From a virus (lineage: Duplodnaviria; Heunggongvirae; Uroviricota; Caudoviricetes): a stretch of 5,100 nucleotides of DNA. Of this stretch, positions 1-5,100 are shown piece after piece; within the stretch, counting starts at the first letter, position 1, and each line of letters starts with the position of its first letter. The stretch lies in IMG/VR virus record IMGVR_UViG_2703718783_000004. The stretch is one strand, 5' to 3'. Position numbers and translations under genes: made by a program. The notes beneath the pieces were generated by a model. The model was not told the DNA's origin and made no database searches. It saw nothing but the letters and a program-made list of their open reading frames with translations.

Positions 1-893
1 GCCCAGGTCTCCAGCGTACCCATGTTCTCTTTCAGGCGGCGGGTCTGGTCATCAAACCCTTTCGTTGCGGCCTCGTTCGCCGCCTGCAACGCCCCGGCCC
101 CATCGCCGGAACGCTGCAACTGAGCAACATACGCAATCTGTTCCGCCGTCACGTTATGGAACTGGCGCGCCATCGCCGTCAACCCAGACGTCGGGTCAGT
201 GGTCAGCTTCCCGAAGGCTTCAGCGACCTTGTCCACCTCCACGCCGGATGCAGAGGAGAAACGCGCCACACTCTGGCTGATTTCCTCAAACTGCTCACCA
301 CCACGCACACCGGCATTCACCAGCGCCGTCAGTGACTCGCTGGTCTGGTTAAACGTCAGCCCTGCCGCCTGCCCGGATCTGGACAGGGCCAGCATACGAT
401 CTGCCGTCAGTCCCGCCTGATTACCGGAAAGGACCAGCGTTTTGTTGAAATTAGACAGGGTTGAGTCACCCTGATACCAGGCATACGCCAGCGCACCGGT
501 CGCCACCGCTAGCGAGGTGGCCCCCACCATCGGCAGGGTGATCGCACCGGCAAGCCCCCTGAACATGGGGATCATCCCGCCGAAGGAGTCCTTCACCTGA
601 CCACCCTGTTGCAGCAGGATCAGCCACGGGTTCTGCCCGCCTGCAAGCTGCGTGGCCACGTCGGTGAACTGTGCAGGCAGCATACGCATGGCGGCTTTAT
701 ACTGCCCGACGGAAATCCCCGCTTTCTGTGCAGCCAGTGCCTGTCGGCTCAGCGACTGTTCAACGACTGCCGCTGTTTTTTTCGCATCACTTTCCGTACC
801 GGAAAAATGACGCCTGACTCTGGCCATCTGCTCGTCAAATCTGGCCGCATCCAGACTCAAATCAACGACCAGATCGCCTATCGGTTCAGCCAT
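1..893 (-). CDS. H: Tail tape measure protein, N-terminal ~297 codons only; the C-terminal part lies beyond the window start
   Basis: ATG is at 891-893 (plus-strand 'cat'), preceded on the mRNA by an AGGAGGAG Shine-Dalgarno (plus 896-903). Hand translation of the reverse complement gives MAEPIGDLVVDLSLDAARFDEQMARVRRHFSG... and further in ...LAGGQNPWLILLQQGGQVKDSFGGMIPMFRGLAGAI, which I recognise as lambda gpH. The reading frame was spot-checked, not fully translated to position 1. The start overlaps the T stop by 8 nt. Confidence 0.9.
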   Translation of the reverse strand, partial: MAEPIGDLVVDLSLDAARFDEQMARVRRHFSGTESDAKKTAAVVEQSLSRQALAAQKAGISVGQYKAAMRMLPAQFTDVATQLAGGQNPWLILLQQGGQVKDSFGGMIPMFRGLAGAITLPMVGATSLAVATGALAYAWYQGDSTLSNFNKTLVLSGNQAGLTADRMLALSRSGQAAGLTFNQTSESLTALVNAGVRGGEQFEEISQSVARFSSASGVEVDKVAEAFGKLTTDPTSGLTAMARQFHNVTAEQIAYVAQLQRSGDGAGALQAANEAATKGFDDQTRRLKENMGTLETW

Positions 894-1320
894 ACCGGAC
901 TCCTCCTGCGATCCCTTCTGATACTGTCATCAGCATTACGTCATCCTCCGTCATTTCAGCCACATCCGGGGAAGCGGAGATAACTTCATTCCCGTCCGGA
1001 CCAAAGCGGACGCCTCCGGCAAGCCCTGCCGCTTTCTGCATCAGCACATCATCTTCAGGCTCTTCGTCAGCCTCGCGCCGGTTCAGCAGACTGAAATCCA
1101 GCGGATGCATATCCGGATCGCTGAAAAACAGGCTGAGTACGGTGTACGTCAGCCCGGAAAAGTGCATATCCAGCAGAACATCATGAAAATAATGGGTACT
1201 GTAAAAGCGGTGCCAGTCGGCGTACTCCGTGGATGACATCCCGGCAAGCATGGCGCGCCAGTCGGGTCGCCCCATCTCGCGCGCCAGTTTCAGGGCAAAA
1301 CTCAGCTCACCGTCGAACAC
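886..1320 (-). CDS. T: Tail assembly chaperone T segment, expressed only as a G-T fusion through -1 ribosomal frameshift near the 3' end of G
   Basis: Track ORF 886..1320 (translation ...FDGELSFALKLAREMGRPDWRAMLAGMSSTEYADWHRF...VSEGIAGGVRYG) is in the -1 frame relative to G and overlaps the G 3' end. It has no Shine-Dalgarno or conventional start of its own; the track's first codon is GTG. The slippery heptamer GGGAAAG sits at 1320-1326. Stop codon TGA is at 886-888. Confidence 0.85.
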   Translation of the reverse strand: MFDGELSFALKLAREMGRPDWRAMLAGMSSTEYADWHRFYSTHYFHDVLLDMHFSGLTYTVLSLFFSDPDMHPLDFSLLNRREADEEPEDDVLMQKAAGLAGGVRFGPDGNEVISASPDVAEMTEDDVMLMTVSEGIAGGVRYG

Positions 1321-1724
1321 TTTCCCGCAGAAACAGGCTCTGCAGGCCCGGCGTCCTCTGTCTGTTCAGGGGCATCATTCACCACAAACTCATACATTCC
1401 GGACAGCCGGTACACCACGTTTTCAGCATGAGAAATTGCCTCCGCGGGCCAGGTGGTAAGCACTTCCTGCTCAATCTGTTTAACGGCTTCATTCATGGAC
1501 GGCATCTGCGTCTTCTTCGGATGGTTATGCCACAGGGACATCGCCACCACAAAAGCACCGGTTCTGATAAGGTCTGCCAAAGCAACCTGTTGGTTGCTGT
1601 CGGAGTCCGCCTGTTCTGCCTGCCGTTTCATCAGAAAAAGATGCTCAATACGCTGCAGGGCTGACAGTTCAGAAAGCGTGACGGTCACGCCGTTATGTTC
1701 AAATGATTCGGTTTTCAGGAACAT
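1302..1724 (-). CDS. G: Tail assembly chaperone G (140 aa)
   Basis: Track ORF of 140 aa, MFLKTESFEHNGVTVTLSELSALQRIEHLFLMKRQAEQ...PVSAGKCSTVS, recognisable as lambda gpG. ATG at 1722-1724 with GGAGAG Shine-Dalgarno upstream; TGA stop at 1302-1304. It begins 15 nt after the V stop. Confidence 0.93.
   Translation of the reverse strand: MFLKTESFEHNGVTVTLSELSALQRIEHLFLMKRQAEQADSDSNQQVALADLIRTGAFVVAMSLWHNHPKKTQMPSMNEAVKQIEQEVLTTWPAEAISHAENVVYRLSGMYEFVVNDAPEQTEDAGPAEPVSAGKCSTVS
1320..1326 (-). other. -1 programmed ribosomal frameshift slippery heptamer G GGA AAG (G to GT fusion)
   Basis: Plus-strand 1320-1326 is 'ctttccc', so the mRNA reads GGGAAAG. In the G frame it encodes Gly-Lys (the ...SAGK... 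near the G C-terminus), 6 codons before the G stop. The -1 frame continues open for 144 codons (T). Confidence 0.85.
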
Positions 1725-1739
1725 CGCTGACTCTCCGGA

Positions 1740-2480
1740 TTAGCTGTCGGTGACGTTGATTTCTGCAACCGCAGCAAACTCACCATTACCGGATACAACC
1801 GGAATGTTGACCTTGCCTGCAGCAACACCTTTCACGGTGATGGTCATACCACTGACCGACACGGTGGCTTTTGTTTTATCCGCTGACACCGCACGGAAGC
1901 TCTTGTCAGTTGCGCCCTCCGGCTGGAATGCCACGGTCAGCGTGGTGCTCTGCCCTTTCACCACCGAGGAGCTGGCAGGCGTCACGGTCATACCGGTTGC
2001 CGCCGTCACCGTGCTGCGATCTTCTGCCATCGACGGACGTCCCACGTTGGTGACTTTCACCGTGCGGGTGATCACTTCCTTCGCCGTCACCGCCTTACCG
2101 ATACTGCTGACCCAGCCACGGAACACATCGACCGTGCCGTTCGGGAAGCGGATTTTATAGGCACGGGTATCACCTTCATTAAACCACGCCAGCAGCGCCT
2201 GCTGCCCCTGCTCTCCGGGCATCCACGCCAGCGTGAAGCTGGTATCTCCGGCGGATTTCTGCCCCTGCCCGGTCGCAGTCCAGTCCGCATCTTCATCATC
2301 GAGATAACTGTCGTCATAGGACTCAGCGGTCAGTTCGCCGGGCGTCAGGTCTTTAACTTTAGCCAGACGCGACCAGTCAACGTCTGAAAGCGGATTTGCG
2401 TAAGGGTCGCCGCTCCCGTTATAAACCCACAGTGTGGTCCCGGCCCCTTTCACCGGTGCCAGAGGATTTGGTGTTGGCAT
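1740..2480 (-). CDS. V: Major tail tube protein V (246 aa)
   Basis: The track ORF (1740..2510) starts at an upstream in-frame ATG. The likely true start is the internal Met at 2478-2480 ([36 protein letters not shown]...), which has a GAGGA Shine-Dalgarno and lies 7 nt after the U stop. The product is recognisable as lambda gpV with a C-terminal Ig-like region. TAA stop at 1740-1742. Confidence 0.92.
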   Translation of the reverse strand: MPTPNPLAPVKGAGTTLWVYNGSGDPYANPLSDVDWSRLAKVKDLTPGELTAESYDDSYLDDEDADWTATGQGQKSAGDTSFTLAWMPGEQGQQALLAWFNEGDTRAYKIRFPNGTVDVFRGWVSSIGKAVTAKEVITRTVKVTNVGRPSMAEDRSTVTAATGMTVTPASSSVVKGQSTTLTVAFQPEGATDKSFRAVSADKTKATVSVSGMTITVKGVAAGKVNIPVVSGNGEFAAVAEINVTDS

Positions 2481-2487
2481 ATCGTCC

Positions 2488-2883
2488 TCACATTTCATAG
2501 GTAATGACATAAGTCAGATCGGCTGAACTCCACAGGCCCGCATCATCGTCGCGCCGGTAGTCATAGCCACTGGCCACCATACTGGTGATCAAATCTGACA
2601 GTGCCGGGATATCACTCATCACCGGATAAATCCGGGACTCCATCCACGCATCCAGCTCTGAATCCGGCACCTGAGCAGGCAGGAAAACTTCAATATGCAG
2701 CTCCGCCTGCCAGGTATCGCTGTCCAGCTCTTCGCCCGTGTATTCAGCGCCGGTGAGATAAACGGCAACTGCCGGAAAATCTTCCTCATCAAAAACAGCG
2801 GGGCGACCATCAAAAAGCGTCGCCCCGGTGTCATGCTTCTCCAGTGCATCCAGTACGGCTGCACGGAGTTCAGTATGTTTCAT
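2488..2883 (-). CDS. U: Tail terminator protein U (131 aa)
   Basis: Track [39 protein letters not shown]...LTYVITYEM, recognisable as lambda gpU. The ATG at 2881-2883 overlaps the Z stop in an ATGA arrangement (plus-strand 'tcat' at 2880-2883). TGA stop at 2488-2490. Confidence 0.93.
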   Translation of the reverse strand: MKHTELRAAVLDALEKHDTGATLFDGRPAVFDEEDFPAVAVYLTGAEYTGEELDSDTWQAELHIEVFLPAQVPDSELDAWMESRIYPVMSDIPALSDLITSMVASGYDYRRDDDAGLWSSADLTYVITYEM

Positions 2884-3458
2884 CGCTTTATTACCATTCT
2901 CAGTTGATGCTGCAGCGCATAGCCCAGCTCTTTCGGCAAACGTTCACGCCGTATCCGTTCAATATTCTGTTTAAACGCCGTGGTCAGCGGCACCGCCATC
3001 GGGATTTTCACCACATCAATGGGGTAACGGTTTTTCCCGGCCACACGCTGCATGACATGCCACCGGCCATTTTTCAGTTGCTGAATAAACGCGCCGGGAA
3101 TACGACGGTTTCCCACCACAAGCACGCTGCCGCCACCTTTCAGGGATGAACGCTGCCCCTTTTTACGACGTCTGCGGCGGGAAAGGACGACCCGCGCGTT
3201 ACCCAGTTTGATTACGGGCAAATCCCCCCGGTTAACCTTGATTCTGGCCTGCGGATTTTTGACCGTGGCCCTTTTCAGCCTGGCCCTTTCCTTTACCAGT
3301 TTTCGGCGTACCTTTGTCTCACGGGCAACCTGTGACACCGACTGCGATATCGCGGATGAAGCAACGCGGTTAATGGCCATTGCGGCGGCACCGGGCACCG
3401 CCGTTTTGCTGATACGGCTGAGGTTTTCAACGGCCTGCTCAAGACCTTTTATAGCCAT
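2880..3458 (-). CDS. Z: Tail completion protein Z (192 aa)
   Basis: Track ORF MAIKGLEQAVENLSRISKTAVPGAAAMAINRVASS...LRMVIKR, recognisable as lambda gpZ. ATG at 3456-3458 with a G-rich Shine-Dalgarno (AGGGGGA); it begins 11 nt after the FII stop. Confidence 0.93.
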   Translation of the reverse strand: MAIKGLEQAVENLSRISKTAVPGAAAMAINRVASSAISQSVSQVARETKVRRKLVKERARLKRATVKNPQARIKVNRGDLPVIKLGNARVVLSRRRRRKKGQRSSLKGGGSVLVVGNRRIPGAFIQQLKNGRWHVMQRVAGKNRYPIDVVKIPMAVPLTTAFKQNIERIRRERLPKELGYALQHQLRMVIKR

Positions 3459-3469
3459 ACATCCCCCTT

Positions 3470-3823
3470 TCAGCGGCGACGGTTAACGGCAGGCGGCACG
3501 CCACGCCCAAGCCAGAGATGACAGCTTCCGCCATCATCCGGCGAAACCCGGTCTATCCAGAAGTTTTCCTCACCGATGGTCAGCGTGTCGCCGCGCCGCA
3601 GCTGCCGCACATCATCAGTCCGGACAAACAGGGCCGGGCTGGAGCCTTCAACACGCACGCCCGGCCCGGCATAGCTGATATTTTCAGGGTCATCAAAAAC
3701 ACCACGTATCACAGCACCGGACTGCTCACCGGATGTCATGGTGGCTGACGTTCCCATGTACCCGCGTATCGTTTCATCGGCGCGGGCAATGGCAGCATCG
3801 AACAGGTTATCGAAATCAGCCAC
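3470..3823 (-). CDS. FII: Head-tail joining (head completion) protein FII (117 aa)
   Basis: Track ORF MADFDNLFDAAIARADETIRGYMGTSATMTSGEQSG...GVPPAVNRRR, recognisable as lambda gpFII. The start codon is GTG (plus-strand 'cac' at 3821-3823), preceded by a GGGAGG Shine-Dalgarno; it begins 11 nt after the FI stop. Confidence 0.92.
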   Translation of the reverse strand: MADFDNLFDAAIARADETIRGYMGTSATMTSGEQSGAVIRGVFDDPENISYAGPGVRVEGSSPALFVRTDDVRQLRRGDTLTIGEENFWIDRVSPDDGGSCHLWLGRGVPPAVNRRR

Positions 3824-3834
3824 AGCGCCTCCCG

Positions 3835-4233
3835 TTATTGCATTCTGGCCAGGCCACGTTCTGTCATTTCGGCTGCCACACCGGCAGAGACACGGAACGC
3901 CGTTCCCGGCAGCACAAATGCCACAGGTTCATCCCGCGTGGCGTGAAGTGCATCGGTATGCAGCGTCACCAGTGCCACTACCGTGACCAGTTCAGCCGTA
4001 TCATGAATCACGGTATCCGGCTGCGCTGATACCACCTCATTTTCATGCCCGGTCAGCACATTTTCCGGGCTGAGAGATGTGTCCTGACCGGCAGCGTCAT
4101 CCGTGTCATCAAGCTCCTCTTCCAGCTCTGCCACACGGAGTGCCAGTTCTTCTTTCGTCCCCGTCAGGCTGACATCACGGTTCAGTTGCTCACCCAGCAC
4201 CTGAAGACGGGCAATCAGTTCATCTTTCGTCAT
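3835..4233 (-). CDS. FI: DNA-packaging / head assembly protein FI (132 aa)
   Basis: The track ORF (3835..4272) begins at an ATG that lies inside the E-FI hairpin. The likely true start is the internal Met at 4231-4233 (MTKDELIARLQVLGEQLNRDVSLTGTKEELALRVAELEEELDD...ERGLARMQ), preceded by a GGAGGAG Shine-Dalgarno. Recognisable as lambda gpFI with an acidic linker. TAA stop at 3835-3837. Confidence 0.9.
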   Translation of the reverse strand: MTKDELIARLQVLGEQLNRDVSLTGTKEELALRVAELEEELDDTDDAAGQDTSLSPENVLTGHENEVVSAQPDTVIHDTAELVTVVALVTLHTDALHATRDEPVAFVLPGTAFRVSAGVAAEMTERGLARMQ

Positions 4234-4254
4234 GGACTCCTCCACAGAGAAAAA

Positions 4255-4272
4255 ATGGCCCCGAAGGGCCAT
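4255..4272 (-). promoter_or_regulatory. Hairpin in the E-FI intergenic region with a UUCG tetraloop, followed by a U-tract; possible attenuator or mRNA 3' stabiliser
   Basis: Plus-strand 4255-4272 is 'atggccccgaagggccat'. On the minus-strand mRNA this is 5'-AUGGCCC-UUCG-GGGCCAU-3', a perfect 7-bp stem (5 GC pairs) with a C(UUCG)G tetraloop. It starts 2 nt after the E stop and is followed by UUUUCUCUGU, then the FI Shine-Dalgarno and ATG. Confidence 0.45.
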
Positions 4273-4274
4273 GA

Positions 4275-5100
4275 TTACGCCAGTTGTACAGACACGAATT
4301 CATCAGGGTCAGCCAGCAGCATCAGCGGTGCTGACTGAATCATAGTGAACTCACGCGCCGGATCGCCGGTGGTCACCCAGTTTTTCGGGTAACGGGCAGA
4401 GGCGTTAATGCCTTCGCGCTGTGCGTCCGCATCCTGAATGCAGCCATAGGTGCGCAGACCGCGTGCCTGAGTGTTCCCCAGCACCATCGTGTTGTCCGGC
4501 AGGAAGTTCTTTTTGACGCCGTTTTCCACGTACTGTCCGGAATAAACGACGATGGCCACATCGCCATACATTCCCTTATAAGACACCGCTTTGCCCAGGT
4601 CTTTCACCGCTGTCTCCAGCTCGGAATGAGAGCCGCGACGGGTATCCAGCTTATCCCTGACGGCTTTGAAGGAACGGAACAGCGCCCAGCCTTTCGGATC
4701 AAACACGATGATATTCACCACACCGCTGGCGTTCAGCGCGTAGGCTTCGATATCGTCGGTCGGGTCATACGTGGACTTGTCACGCTGGCTCCACTGCGTG
4801 CCGCCGGACTGCGTGATGTTATTCGCCGCACTGCGGCCCATATCCACTTCAACCGGATCGAAGGCTTCACCGGTCATGGTATATTTGCCCTTAAGCACGG
4901 CAGAAACGGCCTGCATCTCTTCGACCTGAGCAATGGCCAGCTCTTCGTCACGCATGTTCTGCATGATGATGCGACGGCGGCGGTAAGCCGGGTCTGCCAG
5001 ATTCTGCGGATCTTCATCCGGCAGGCGACGCAGGGTCATCTGCGGATTCACTTCATGCTTGGGTTTGACATATCCCGGCGTAAATTCAGAGGTGGAGCCG
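4275..5100 (-). CDS. E: Major capsid protein E, C-terminal ~274 codons; the N-terminal part lies beyond the window end
   Basis: The minus-strand frame is open from the window edge to the TAA stop at 4275-4277. The track translation ...VNPQMTLRRLPDEDPQNLADPAYRRRRIIMQNMRDEELAIAQVEEMQAVSAVLKGKYTMTGEAFDP...DPDEFVSVQLA is recognisable as the lambda gpE C-terminus (HK97-fold major capsid protein). Confidence 0.93.
   Translation of the reverse strand, partial: GSTSEFTPGYVKPKHEVNPQMTLRRLPDEDPQNLADPAYRRRRIIMQNMRDEELAIAQVEEMQAVSAVLKGKYTMTGEAFDPVEVDMGRSAANNITQSGGTQWSQRDKSTYDPTDDIEAYALNASGVVNIIVFDPKGWALFRSFKAVRDKLDTRRGSHSELETAVKDLGKAVSYKGMYGDVAIVVYSGQYVENGVKKNFLPDNTMVLGNTQARGLRTYGCIQDADAQREGINASARYPKNWVTTGDPAREFTMIQSAPLMLLADPDEFVSVQLA

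Noticed and set aside
609-983. Plus-strand ORF of 124 aa, and the ORFs at 65..280 and 199..420
   Set aside because: They are antisense to the H tape measure N-terminus, whose minus-strand translation matches gpH; there is no independent coding signal.
1233-1664. Plus-strand ORF of 143 aa (and overlapping 1229..1459, 1453..1743)
   Set aside because: It is entirely antisense to G and the G/T overlap, which are confidently identified. It has no recognisable Shine-Dalgarno and a low-complexity Arg/Ser/Pro-rich composition typical of the wrong strand of GC-rich coding DNA.
1750-2160. Plus-strand ORFs antisense to V (136 aa; also 1871..2053)
   Set aside because: They lie opposite the V major tail gene. 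The composition is Ala/Thr/Val/Pro-rich, a mirror of V codons, and there is no start context.
2087-2317. Minus-strand 76-aa ORF in an alternative frame inside V (also 2619..2864 inside U and 4373..4567 inside E)
   Set aside because: These are out-of-frame overlaps with confidently assigned genes. They are Arg/Cys/Trp-rich with no Shine-Dalgarno, and no overlapping genes are known at these positions in lambda.
2481-2510. N-terminal extension of V in the track ORF ([10 protein letters not shown]-)
   Set aside because: The upstream ATGs lie inside the U coding sequence and lack a Shine-Dalgarno. The internal ATG at 2478-2480 has a GAGGA Shine-Dalgarno and gives the expected gpV N-terminus.
2695-3149. 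Plus-strand ORFs 2695..2907 and 2844..3149
   Set aside because: They are antisense to U and Z and probably spurious.
4048-4071. Inverted repeat gcccgg...ccgggc (6-bp arms, ~12-nt loop) inside FI
   Set aside because: It is short, has a large loop, lies within coding sequence, and has no U-tract or other context; probably chance.
4234-4272. N-terminal extension of FI in the track ORF (MALRGHFFSVEES-)
   Set aside because: That ATG (4270-4272) is part of the stem of the E-FI hairpin and has no Shine-Dalgarno. The ATG at 4231-4233 has a GGAGGAG Shine-Dalgarno and gives the expected MTKDELIARL N-terminus.
3208-4338. Plus-strand ORFs 3208..3486, 3518..3748, 3733..4029, 3738..3986, 4045..4338
   Set aside because: They are antisense to Z, FII and FI, His/Arg/Cys-rich, and look like frame artefacts.
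1-5100. Possibility of a novel defence or cargo system, CRISPR array, tRNA or mobile element in the window
   Set aside because: Every stretch is accounted for by lambda-type structural genes with spacers of 41 nt or less. I saw no repeat arrays, no tRNA-like structure and no transposase or integrase. A Chi site (GCTGGTGG) was not seen on either strand, but the scan was by eye and not exhaustive.

Overview
The whole window is the reverse complement of a phage lambda-type late morphogenesis operon (head-completion and tail genes), and I find no undescribed system in it. All real genes are on the minus strand, in the order E (3' part) > FI > FII > Z > U > V > G > T (by -1 frameshift) > H (5' part). 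The translations are recognisable as lambda gpE, gpFI, gpFII, gpZ, gpU, gpV, gpG, gpT and the N-terminus of gpH. Gene lengths and spacers match the lambda layout as I recall it, with gaps of 41 nt or less, so there is no room for an inserted cargo gene. Every plus-strand ORF in the track is antisense to one of these genes and is probably spurious. From memory, a few residues appear to differ from reference lambda (scattered in E, near the N-terminus and C-terminal domain of V), so this is probably a lambdoid phage or prophage variant, not lambda itself; that needs an alignment to confirm. The two points most worth a second look are the G/T -1 programmed frameshift site (GGGAAAG) and a perfect 7-bp hairpin with a UUCG tetraloop plus U-tract directly after the E stop codon.
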